Of a stretch of DNA of 44,563 bases, positions 24,400-36,700 are shown piece after piece. Position 1 is the stretch's first letter; each line of letters begins with the position of its first letter. This DNA comes from Lama guanicoe (Eukaryota), in NCBI GenBank assembly GCA_013239625.1, contig MU054323.1, positions 4,082,161 to 4,126,723 on the forward strand, read 5' to 3'. The position numbers and the translations under genes were made by a program. The notes beneath the pieces are model-generated. The model did no database searches. It was not told the DNA's origin and worked only from the letters and a program-made list of their open reading frames with translations.

Positions 24400-26870
24400 A
24401 TCGGAATCCTTTCAGAGCATATTTTGCATCCACTAGGACTGCATCACAACCTCACCAGTTGTCTTTTGGATGGAATGAGTAGTTGGTCTTCAGTAAGTGA
24501 ATTCACCGTTTTTATGAACAGTTGCATTTATGTGGTGGGGTATCTGTTAAGACCAATGAATCCCATGAACAATAGCAACTGTTCTTACTTCTGTCACTTT
24601 AAAATGAATCCTTTGTTAGAAACCAGGTGTGTGGGATACTGTGACAATAAATGACACTTCTGGTAAATCCACAGATGATAGAGTTGATGGCAGAAGAATG
24701 GTAAACAGTGAAAATAAATCCAAATCCAGAGGACGTGTCTTTTTGGTAAGGACAAATTACTGGTCTTCCATTAGGAGGGATTTCGGTGTAAAAAACCTCC
24801 CACCACTTGGCTGATTGGTCCTCTGAGATGTGGTGCCTTCTTGGAAATTTGGTGTCAGTCTCTGTTGCTTGCAAATTTCTCAGCAATGTGATCATCCTAC
24901 ATGAGGTGAAGTTGAAATACTACAAATTTATGTTTTTGCCATCGTGACCATTTTGTTCATTAGTTTGTTAAGCAAGCACTAGGCTATGTGGGTTTGGAAA
25001 TTGACATTTACAGGTTGCATTACCTTTTCTAAATTATGAAGAGGTGGCACCCTTGGGACACCACTTGGGACATAAATATTTTCACCATTTTTTGCTCATT
25101 CTGAGAGGTCTGTCTTAAGTGCCTCATTTTCAGTACTCTTCATGTCTAACCCTCTAGTCATCTTATTTCACAGACTCTGATCATGCATGTGGGCATTTAA
25201 AATTTCTCATGTGGTGGGATTTTACATCTCTGTTGTACTCTGCAGGGCTACTTGAGTTGAGTAATAATGCTGCAGCAATCTGATCTTCCTTAGTCAGCTG
25301 GCCACTGGGGACTCTCCATGAGGCCACGGATAGGGGTTAAGAAGCAGGTGGCGATGTGGCATACAATGTATGTTGTCTCCAGATTCCCAAGAAGCCCTCT
25401 AAGCAAGGCAGATTTATTTCTTGGCAGTGGACCCAAAAGGTATGGAAATTTGCCATTTGTAAGTAATGTCCTAACATGCCTCAGATCACTAGAGTTCAGA
25501 ATCTTCCCAGAGATTTCAGGCCTCTGTATTTTCATGGAATTTATCTCAGATTGTTTGTCACACAAGTGTCTTATCAAGGAATCTAGTTTACCTGATGCTT
25601 CCTACTCTCTGTTCATCTGTGTGATTCTGTTGCTATAATGCACTGGCATCATGCTCTGTGGAATCAGGAAACAATTAACATTCATATAGATTAATTTGTT
25701 TTATAGAGCCTGAGAGTTGGCCTACTTTGAGGCAAAATCGTGGAAGTTGGTGATGTCACTGCTAAGTGAGCACAGGCTGTGCTGAGTATTCTTTGTTTAT
25801 GGGGTGGTAGAGAAAGAATTCACCAGAGCAGTAGCTGCATACCAGGTGCAAGGAGTTGGATTGATTTAGTTTAGTGAAGTGGCTGCATCTGGACCAGCAG
25901 CTTCAATTGGTATAATCACTTGATTAGGCTGTCCTTTAAGACATATCTTGGACTTAAATGGGGATGTGTTGTTAATCCTTACCTCAGCAGCTTTCAAGAA
26001 TTTGGCGGTAGCACTAATTTCTATAATTCTCCAGAGATATTTGGTGTTCCTATAAATGTATTATTTAGGTAGAGAGATGACACTCCAGAGGCTTCCACTT
26101 GGTCCTTCCTACCATAAAAGACTTTACTTCTCAAAAGTTAATGTGAAGATTCTTCTATTTTCTGGTATATCTGTTCCAACTATATACTGAGTATCTGGGG
26201 AAATGACCAAAGGATGAGTCCGTTGTCACACTGAGTTGTCTGAAAGACTGCTTTAAGGCTGAGCTCCTTTTGTGTTTGACTAGTTGGCCACAATGGCTTT
26301 CTGGATTCATATGGTTTAACATTAACTCAAAGCTAGCGTGCAACAGTCCTCCAAAGATCTAAGTATTTCCCTACTCCTAATGTCTCATGTCCTATCCCCT
26401 TAGGGAAAATTAGGAGGTTTTGTGAAATGTACTTTAGGTAGCCAACCATACCTTCATTTGAGGGGCTCAGGGTCTGTGAATTAACTCAGAATTAAATATT
26501 TTTGAAGGACTCTTAGTCTGTTTTGATGGGTCATGTCACGTATGTTCACCAGACTCAGAGGTTTTTGAGTTAAACAAATCATGTAGAATCTTCAAAGGCT
26601 GCCCATTCATCTCAGTCCTCTCATCAAGTATCTAATATCAAAGGTCACTACTACTCAGAACATCCTGGCTATCACTCTGACAGTAACTATGTCCTCTTTG
26701 AGTGGTTAAATGTAGCTCCTAGGCTTACACTATCCTGAGATCTGATCATTCCATAGGAATCACGGTACCTGAGTCACTTGTGGGCATCATCACCATCCCT
26801 ACAAAAAACAGACACTATGATACTTTTCAAAGATGCTAACAGGGACCTCAACATTATTTAATTTACATAA
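24400..26870 (-). mobile_element. Decayed ERVL internal region (gag remnant, protease, RT, integrase)
   Basis: Minus-strand frames give integrase-like DTSSGFGFIF...IICGFTRSVIYCHSIPHT (24599-24895), RT-like IRHLCDKQSEINSMKIQRP...LLRGLLG (25290-25577) and protease-like ASFELMLNHMNPESHCG (26155-26343), in the expected pro-RT-IN order. Confidence 0.85.
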
Positions 26871-26904
26871 GTAATAGTGTACTGTAGACATTTCTCTTTT
26901 TTTT

Positions 26905-27980
26905 TAATTCATGACAATACCTTTGGGATCGATCCATGTTGCTATATATACATCTAGTTTGTCATAGTTTATTGTAGAACATCTAATTCTACATCTACTG
27001 CATTTTACTTCTCTATTTTCCTGCTTGTAGACACTCAGCCTCCATTTTTCTGCTCTCTGAAGTGCCCTGCAGTGAACAGTCATGTATATGTCCCTTCATG
27101 GAACTCTGTGAGCAAGAATTCATCTGTGGTACATAGTCAGACATGTAATTTTTAGGTCATAGGGCAAATCGATACTGCCAGACTGGCTTGGGGTAACACC
27201 TATCAGCTGTGCATGAGGCCTCTATTCTAACAACTTTGCCAACGATTGGTATTAGTTTCCTTTGAAATTTTTATAAATTGCAGAAATTAATATTTCATTG
27301 TTGGAATTTGCATTTCTCTCATTACTAGTGAGTTTAAGCATCTCTTCATTTATTTGTTAGCTATTTTGGTTTTGTTTTCAAGGAATTATTTATTCTTTGT
27401 CCTTCAATAAGTTTTCCTCTTCTTTCCTTCTTGATGTGTAAATATTCCTAGATATATATTCATTATTGCTTTTAGATGTTAAAACTACCTTCTCCCACTC
27501 AGTTAATGTTGTCTGTGGTGGTCTTTGTTGAATAGGTTATCTTTGTCTAATCTTATAATTTTTCTTAAATGTGTGATTTGTGCTGTTTGAATCTTAAGAA
27601 CTCAATCATTAGTTCATGTAGATATTATCATTTTCTTCTGTTATAATTTTTTATGTTTTATATTTTTACTTTTGCCCTTCACATTTAGATCTTTGATCCA
27701 TCTGAAGCTTAGCTTCGATTATGATATAATGTCGGGAACTTTTTCTCTATATGTTTTATCCTTTAATTTCTGTACTCTTTTGTGGTTGTACCAATTTATA
27801 TTCCCATTAGTCCTTTAACCTGTACCATGGCCAACATTTGGTTTTTTTTTAACATTTTTTGTGAGTTCATTATATGATAAATGATCTTTTGTTGCAGTGG
27901 AACATTTTTCTTTTGTTTATTGAGCATTTCTGATTCTTTTAAGGATGTGAGATTTACTGTTCACTTCTTTTGCCCATCTT
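26905..27980 (-). mobile_element. Old L1ME-like 3' fragments
   Basis: Motifs 'gatccatgttgctatatatacatctagttt', 'aatttgcatttctctcattactagtgagtttaagcatctcttcat' and 'ttcacatttagatctttgatccatctgaag'. Confidence 0.7.
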
Positions 27981-27984
27981 TGTT

Positions 27985-28249
27985 AAAATGTCATCTACTC
28001 GATGAGGCTTACCATGAGTATTTTATTTAAAAATTGCAGCCCCCCACATGCATTCTTGATCATCCTTAAACTACTATTTTTAGTTTTTTCCATAATGCTC
28101 ATCTCCTTAAAATATAATTTTATTATGTTTGCTGTTGGTTGTCTGTCTCTTATAGACAGCTCTATAGAATATCAGCCCTGTAAGGTGAGGATAGTTGTCT
28201 GTTTTGTACATTGCTGTACCTAGAATAATGCCTGGCAAATAGTAGGGGC
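27985..28249 (+). mobile_element. LINE-2 3' end, truncated just before its terminal tail
   Basis: Reads 'aaatgtcatctactcgatgaggctt...tgtctgttttgtacattgctgtacctagaataatgcctggcaaatagtaggggc'. Confidence 0.75.
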
Positions 28250-28590
28250 AGGCGTCCCCTGCTAGCCAACAAAAGTAGAGCATTGCGATGAAAACTTGCA
28301 AGCCAAAATGGCATCAAATGAAGAAGCAGTTACCTTTGGACACATCTTGCTAATGGATTCACAAAATAAATCGAGGTAAAGCACAGATGCTACAGGCACA
28401 GTTCAAACCTATGGCTGTTTGATGCTGAGTGTAGTTCCTGTGGAAGGAGCTTGGTGTTGATACTCTTGTTGCTCAAGGTGTGCACTGCATCTGTAAAGGC
28501 TCTCTGCAAAACAGACTCTGAAGTTCTCACTTTTTGCCTTTTTTTCATGAAAGTGAAAATCCTGTTGCAGTTTCTATCAGCTAGCGAAAA

Positions 28591-29495
28591 CAACAAGGGG
28601 TTGGGGCACTCAGGCGTGAGCAGAAACTGATACGCAAAGGTAAAATTTTCGAGCAGGCACTTGGTTCGGGGCCTTGGATCAATCCCTGTTAATACAAGGA
28701 TTGGGAGGACAAGGGTCCAGGGAAATCAGTCAGCACAGAGTAGGTGGCCCCTGGATCTAATAAGAAAACAACTTTCCTACCTGCCACATCAAGGGTTACC
28801 CGAGGCTCCTCCAGATAAACGACCAGGTGTCCTTTGGGAGCCAGGGAGGGTCAGCCAGCCAGGGCCCCATCAGTCTCTGGTCCTCTCGGCCATCATTGAT
28901 TTGGGAGCCTTAGTCTCCCTTTTGGGACTGGAAGCGGTCAGCTTCCAGTGACCTTGATTGTCTATTGAGCAGGGTCCCAGTGGATTTTCCCCATATTCAT
29001 CCTTCCAGAGACCCTTCTGGCCACACCTAAAACTGGTCTTTTCTTGGTGAGACAGTGGCTCTGATCCAGGCATCCTGGATCCTGTCCTTATCATGGGTCT
29101 TCGTGAGAGAGGGTAACCCTGAGATGGTGCAGGGATTAGGGCTGCCGCTCAGAATTGTGCCTTTCACTGTTGTCCCTGAATCCTTGCCTCTTCAATCTGG
29201 TTTCTATGTTAAATATTCTAAATGCCAGATCCATGAGCTGATTCATGGGGGTCTGGGGTCTCCAGCTACCCAGCAGGGCATTAGGGGTAGGTAACTGAGT
29301 AAACTGTCCCCACTGAGAGTTAGGGGGTGGAGGAGTTCCCAATTGTGGCCCATAAGGCGGTTATCTAAAACATCTAGCTCCTTTGCGGAAAGGTGGTTTG
29401 AAGGGGCATGAGTCCAGCATGCCTGGCAGGAGTTCCTTAGACCTGGGTCTTGGTATAGGGTCAGGAATATTCGGACATACGGGACTTCTCCCATC
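28591..29495 (-). mobile_element. Class I (gamma-like) ERV gag-pro remnant without LTRs
   Basis: The minus strand shows matrix-like EVPYVRIFLTLYQDP and capsid C-terminal PQTPMNQLMDLAFRIFN. Two degenerate zinc knuckles follow (SFRCGQKGLWKDEY; PLGPCSIDNQGHWK), then a gag stop D*WGP (TGA at 28872-28870) and protease EEPRVTLDVAGRKVVFLLDPGATYSVL...YQFLLTPECPNPLL. Confidence 0.92.
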
Positions 29496-30839
29496 TTGGT
29501 GCTAATTTCTGTGTCATTCCTTTAAAGGCTATGTCCTGCCTCCTTCTCTCCTGTCTCAAAACTGCACAATTATCTCATATGACTCCTTTTTTTTTAATTA
29601 CTATTTTTTCATCCTGTTACAGATGGTTGCATTTGGGGTGGAGGCAGTATATATTTTTCTAATACTGGAAGTTATATAATTTCTTATAAGTGAGAAAAGA
29701 TTTAGAATTACTTTAATTTTATTTACCTAGATTACAGGTATAACTGCTTTTAAAGGTGTAGGGAAGAGTAGACAGTGGCCTCTTGGAAGCAGTCTTGCCC
29801 ATTGTGCTGATGGGCATCTTCTCAAAAGTGTTTACTTTTTAGTGTAGCTCAGCTGGTTATGCACTTGTAGATTAGTGTGAAGCAAGTGAGCAGCCTGGTG
29901 GACTTCCAGGACCCTGAGAATGGGTGCCTTTTTAAATTTTGTTTCCTAGGAGTTTCTCTTGTTTCACTCTTGGCTCTTCTAAGGGTAGGCTGGCTGTATC
30001 AGGGGCCACTCTTCTGAGTACCTGCAAATACGTGCTTTTCCCTGGAGCTGTTGGCAGAATTTGCTCCCTGCTCCTTACTTTACAGTCCACTCTCACCCAC
30101 AGTTGCTGAACCCTAGGTTATGTTAGTGGAGGTTTTGCATGGGCTATCAGCTCCATCCACTTACTTCCAAGTTGGGAATTTTCTTCACTTATAATAACTT
30201 AGAATTGGCCTTTTATTATTATTATTTTATTTGCCTTATTCTGCTCTTTCTTGTGGCATGTTTTACAGTAATTTCTGATATATGGATGTATTCCCCTCCC
30301 TCCTTCAGGACTGAAATGGTGGACTCTCTGTTTATGTTTAGTCACTTCAGTTTCAAAGAGAAAGAGTTAAATATGTTTGATCATTTTAGGGTCTTGAAGG
30401 CTATGGTTAATATCTTAGTATATTTTCTTCCAGAATTTTTCCAAGTATATATTTTACACATAGCTGAAATAAAAATTCTGTGTAATTTTCTACTTTATTT
30501 TTTACCTAATGTTATATCAGAATATTTCCCTAACTTTTCTTCAGCACAATTTTAGTGGCTGCATGATACTCCATTAAAAGGATGTATTAGGTTTTGCTCA
30601 GCCATTTGACCTCTATCTTTGTGTAAGAGATCTTACAGGCTGATGACAATTAAGTTTGCTATAAATGTGCATCTACTTTGTGTAACACTGTGTTTTATAA
30701 TTCTGGTGATGGTGATGGCAAGATCTGTAGGTGGAAATTTGGACTGTAAATTGTAATGAAATGTATAAAGATTGCTTTTGGAACACAAAGGAATGTGTAC
30801 TTTACTTGGCCTTGGTATTTGTGTGTATAGTTTCATCGA

Positions 30840-30955
30840 TGAGTAGCTTTTGAAATGGCCTTGAAGGCTTAGTAGAATTTTTCAGAGTAAGGAAGGATAA
30901 ACATTCAAGGTAGTAAGAACAGCATTAATAAAGGCATGAAGTAGAAAAAAATATG
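30840..30955 (-). mobile_element. Short LINE-2 fragment
   Basis: 'tttgaaatggccttgaagg...acattcaaggtagtaagaacagcatt...aaaggcatgaag' resembles antisense L2. Confidence 0.5.
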
Positions 30956-33581
30956 TAGAATTCAATGCTGACTTGTTTATCTGTACTTATAGCAATTCAC
31001 TTGTAAGTCTAGACTCTATCCTAACAGATACTTTAACCATATGCCTCTTTAGGTCCCTTTAGCTGCTAAGAAAATCTAGTTAATTATGTTATTTATATAT
31101 TATGACTGCATATTTTTTTCATTCTTTGGAATGTCAGCTGTGAAAAAGCAAATAGGCAGTTGGTTTGATATTTCCTTTGTTTTCTTCTATTGAGTTTAAA
31201 TTCCTTAGTCTTATAAGAAATTATTTGGGGAAGAGACAATAACCATAGAAAGATAGGAACCAACTTGGAAATGTCCGAAAGGACTTATGTGGAAATGAGT
31301 AAATAGTTTTTCAAGAAATAATTATGTTGTTTTTAGCTAGTATGAAAATGAGAACTTAAAATAGGAGAAAATCACTTTTTGACTTTCCACCCTTGTTTGT
31401 GTACAGTTCCCTTAATATTGAGTATATTCAAGAACTTCTGAGAATGAAGAATTCTGAGAACAAAGGACTAAATCATGCATGTTGTATGCTTTAAGTGTGC
31501 ATTTTATACGTGTTTTAATGTTGCCAGAATATATATTAGCAGTGGAAATCACCAACTCTGGAAACAAGGAGGCCTTTTATCAAATTAGTAAAAAAAGGCA
31601 GATTTGTTAAAGCCAGAGACCTAATGGTTATATAATATGTCAAGTCTGTGGAGAGCACTAATTGCAGCAAGAGATTAAAGTCTCAGTTGAAATCACTTAA
31701 AGCTCTAAAGATTTGCTGAAGTAAATGCCCCATGTCACAGCGCTATCGGCACTCGATGTTCGTTCATCATGTGCTGCTGCCTTCTGCCTTGAGTGTTTCC
31801 ACAATTGTCCTCAGGACAGCGTGCTACAGTTATCATACCGAGGATGATCAAGAGCTTTGCAACTCTAATAGCAAACCTACAATTACCCAATGAGGGAAGA
31901 CACCACAGATTAAATGCAACAAAGGGAGATCTCCATCACCTGAATTTATCCAAGCCACCAATCTGTTGAAGCTACTTAATAACTCTGAACTTTACCCGAA
32001 ACAAAACTTTATGGCAGTTATCTTTTAATTTGAAAATTAGTAAGTCAGCCTTTCTTGGAGAACCATGACTGTGACTCAAATGTAAGAGCATTTAGATGTC
32101 TTCCCCCCCTTTTCTTACTCAAAGTTGTATTAGAAGAGAGATGCTCTTTAGAATTGAATATGCATGGTTGGCCCTTAGGTGAATTCCATCTATTCTGTCT
32201 GAGTGACTAAGAATGCTTTTCCTATACTCAGGGACAATACAAGGCTTTTGAAAATCACAATCTGAAGTTAAGGTGCTGGTAGCACAAATGTTGGGTGTTC
32301 TTTTATTTTGATCTCTGTGATCTCTTTGATATTGTGACAGGATTTTTAGGATCAGAGGTATAGCATAGCAGTCAACTTGAAAGACATGGGGAGAAATGGA
32401 TATGATTAGAAGTGGATTTTGGATAAAATATAGATACACTAAGTTTTAAGAATTTTTTTAGGTTTAAAGATTTTTGTGTATTTGTGAACACGAATGTATT
32501 CTATGTTAGAACATGGTTTATAAAACTCATTTTTTTCTATATAGATAAAGTCCTATAAAAATACTTTTTTTATTTAACAAATTTCTCTTAAAAACATATA
32601 AAATAAAAATACTTTTTCATGGTTTTTACCTAATAAAGCTTTCTGAATGTAGTGACACCATTCTTAATAAAACAAGCCCCAGGATTTAAAACAGAACAAA
32701 ACAAAACAAAACTTGAAAGATCTTGTGTGTGGAGTTGTAGTAGGGATTAGATTTATTGTTCCTAATTGTGTCCCTAAAATCTCTTTTTTTTCCCTTGAGA
32801 TTCTCTAACTTGGTTACTGTCACCATGCTGGTTAAAAACAGTCTGTCCCTGAAGCTGAGGCCATATTAAGACTTTAGAGACCATAAGTAATGAAAATATA
32901 ATTGCAGGGGTGGTGGTACATGGATGGTTTTCTGTCGTTATTAAAAGATACTAAAGAGTGAGATATTAAAGGTATCTAATTACTTTTATTCTTCTAATGA
33001 TGCTTACTCCAGTGCTGTCCGTTCACGCACACATACATGTTTTATTCATTTTAAAAGATTCGTTTAAAAATATTTCTGATGCCCTTGCATGCACTTAATC
33101 CAACAGTGGCTGCCTCATTAGAACTCAAGCATAGAACTTTTTTTTTTCATATAACTCCTTCTGCCTAAAGTTTTCTCAGACATTATGGCCAATATCATAC
33201 TGATAGCCTTTAAACTAAAATCATCCCACTGCACATATATGTGTAAAGTATATATGTTTATTTTTATATGTATAGACACACTTAGTAGTATAGCTTCATT
33301 TTATTTGTTTTTAAGGATTTCTACTGCTTTAAAACTGTATAACTGATAAAACAGCAACATAATAGGAGTAGGTTGGAAGGAGAGGGAAAAAAAATCCTTG
33401 TTCTGTTACTTCTCTGCTTTGGAAACGAGGATTTTACTTGAAGTGTCTACCTTGTTTCCTTGCATTAAATTACTACTAGCAAGTGAGATTTGTTACCTGT
33501 ATAAATAGACTACACTTGTCTCAAATATCATGATTCCAAAAAAGATCCTTGTTCTCATACCATTTCCCTCAGGGACTCAGA

Positions 33582-33725
33582 ATTGATTCATTCTACAGAT
33601 ATTTTGGTGTGTCTACTGGATGCAAATCATTCCATAAATATTTATGCAAGGTCTGTGTTTGGGACGCAAATGAATAATACCACTTCTGACCTCAAGAAGT
33701 TTATTTCTGTTAGGGGAGATGAGAA
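33582..33725 (-). mobile_element. Short LINE-2 3' fragment
   Basis: Reads 'gattcattctacagatattttggtgtgtctactggatgc...gacctcaagaagtttatttc...ggggaga'. Confidence 0.5.
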
Positions 33726-36700
33726 AATTAGAATTATCCATAATAAAAGGTGAGCTAGAGTAAGTTCTGCATTAATGTCCATTTAATATTTAAGGAGTTA
33801 GGGCAGAGTAGGATTTAGTGTCACAAGTATATTTTAATTTTAGCTCAGACCAACAAAGACATTTTAAAAAAAGTTCTTGTACTCCATAGGCATGAAGGTG
33901 AATTTATTTCCAGAGAGAATGCTGTCTCTTTGCCATTAAGAGACAAAAGCAATTAGATGAAGGGTTTGAAATTCTTCTGTGTGCTTTGCCATATAGGAAG
34001 TTATCTTGCTCTTCCCACTCAAATAATGAAAGCAAACAAACAAAGGAAAACACCTGCTTATTTCACCTCTAATTGTGTTTTCTTTCATCCTGGCCCTCAA
34101 GGGCCAGATTTAGTCAACAGCTGTGCACCATGTGTGCCCAGAATCTGTAGAAATTTGTGCATGTGTCTGCAGTGCATACTTCTTTTTTTCCCATGGAATA
34201 GTCATGATTTAGTTTACTTTATTGTTTCTATTTCAGTGTTTGAGTATGTATGATAAGAAATAATACATACAGACACACATACATGTATAATTAAAATGAT
34301 CTTTTGAATCACATTGGGAATACCGTCACATCCATCTCTTAATATTCGGCAGCTACAAAGGCATGTTAAGAGTTGCCCTCCCTATGGCTTAACTTTTCCA
34401 TGGGAAAGGGGAGAGGTCTAGCTGCTTTCACAATAATTAATCTGCAGACTTTAACCAGGGAATCCTATGCTATGGAGTCTTTATGACTGGGGACATGGAA
34501 ACTTCATTTCTGCAAGCGGGGCATTGCTGAGGGAGATAGAGCTATGCAGGGTCACCATTTGAATGCTGATTTTTCTTGAGTATTTTAGGTTTTTTGTACT
34601 AGAGCTGTTATTTAGGTACTCCTCATAAAGGATTTCAAAATGTTACCAACATTGCCAGTATGGATCCTCTTGTTTCATATGGGGGCACAGAACTGACCCA
34701 TCAACCTACCGTGCAGTAAAAGAAACATCACCTTTCTGAGGAGTCTGTGGTGATTTCATCCTTATTTACAATTCTGCCTTGCTGCTGGAGGCCTCGGCTG
34801 TGTTCAGGTACATGGGTAAAGTGCTGGGCTACAGCACTTTTGCTAGGTTATAAATGAGTTTATTTATTTTACTTCAAATGTACTTAATTTAAGACAGCCT
34901 ACATTCTTTTTAAACAATGACCCCGCACCAGATAAATCAAGGAATGAATACACGAGAGCTCTCGATAACAAGAGTTTAGTCTGTCAAAGTCTTAATATAA
35001 TGGTGATGAAATAAAGCAGCAGCCAGTTACGATAAGTGACTAATGAAAAGTAAATGCCTAAATTGGTTAATGTCCTCTTTTAAAAGCACCTTTAAATAAA
35101 TTCACACATGAGATCATATCATCCTCATGGTGGTCTGGCAGACCCACAGTGCCATATGGATTTCTGTTTTCACCAAGAAAGAAAATAACAGTTTTTGAAA
35201 TTAGTATGAATATGCTTGATTTGTTCTACGGTAACAAAGTAAATGGTTTTACTCTTTTTAGTTTCTATTATTCACTCTTGCCTTTGAATGAACTTATGTA
35301 GTCTTTGAGACACCTTTTATAAGGGCATTTTTGAGCTTGTTGCTTGTAAACGATGCTTCAGGACTATATCAATGTTGGTGATTCCCGCCGTGTTTTTCTC
35401 TTCTGGGCTTTCAGCAGAGGTATCCTGACCGATGAATGAGACATCAGTAGTTACCCTCTGTCCTGCTGATCACCTTTGCAGTCTGGCCAGGCACTATATT
35501 TCCTGGATCTCATGATGAATGTTGGAGATTATCTCCATAAACGATTAGGAGGCTAGTGAAGGGAAACAACAGGACGCAAACTCTGTAAATCTTTTCCCTG
35601 ACATATATTATATATGAATAAAAGTTGTAAGAAATGTGAAGGCTACTGGCTTTATTAATCAGACATTTCTAAACTTCATAATAAATTGATTTGAATTTTG
35701 ATGAGACTGTAGCCTGCTCAGTTAAATGTGATGAAGATTTACAAGATGAGTAGAAGTATTTTTGTAGAGGTTTCTAGTTGACTGATACATCAGTCAGTGG
35801 TACAGTCCTTTCCGTTTCTTCCCTGTGCACAAAATTCTCTGTGGCATACATTGGTCAAGAAACTGTTCTTTAAACCGCCCAGGGTAGCCAGAATGTTGGC
35901 ATATCCTTTGGGCTGCTGCAGGGCTTATGTTTGTGATTTGGAGGATTTCATATCCTTGATGACATAGAATTAGTAAGTGTGGTTTGAGGAATCCTGTGCC
36001 CAGTGACGTTATTACCGTTGCATGTCCCTCCTTACATACAGCTATTGTCGTGTCACAGAGTGTTTCACGTAGAACATACTATTGGGTTGTTAGCACATGC
36101 TAATTGCTTACTTCTTACCTTTGCTAACTTTAGTACAGATAATTAGAGAGAAAGAAAATGTCGGGCCTCAAGAAATTGGCATTGATTTGGATTACATTTA
36201 CTATTATTATTCTATACTATTGTGTTAATGCTCTCAAATACCAGTGCCTTTGTTAAAAGAATAATTTTTCATATCTTAACAGTTTTGCCTTTTGCTTTAA
36301 CCTTTTTCTAGTTGCTGACATGTTACTATTGGTTAAGGCCAGTTCTGTGCAACTTACCTTTGTATTCTTTGCTGAAGGAGTGGCTTTTGATAAACAAATT
36401 TATCTAGAAATTTTCCTTTGTCATATTTAGTCATCAGCCTGTTTAGGAGGATACACGTTCATAGTTGTGGGGGAATGAGCATGCTGAACTCACTCCTCAG
36501 ATGCCCTTGAAAAACAAAGTTATAACAGCAAACCATATTGAACATTTCAACATTTCCTTTTATGATTTATGTAGTTTTATGGATAATATAAAAATTAAAG
36601 TTCAGTCTCTACCATTCAAACATTTGATTTCCCTTATCCCTGTTTATTTTTTCTTACTGAGGGGGTTGGTTAGGTTGGAGGAAAACAGAAACATACTCAT

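Noticed and set aside
29243..29494. ATG-initiated ERV gag ORF as a domesticated gene
   Set aside because: The ATG falls in the middle of the matrix region, gag is split over three frames with the capsid deleted, and the zinc-knuckle and protease catalytic motifs are mutated.
30139..30555. 138-aa hydrophobic ORF resembling a membrane protein
   Set aside because: The F/L/I-rich composition is a by-product of T-rich intronic and antisense L1 sequence; no splice or promoter context and no family similarity.
35512..35601. Possible C/D snoRNA (ATGATGA ... CTGA)
   Set aside because: No terminal stem and no recognisable rRNA/snRNA antisense element; these motifs are frequent by chance.
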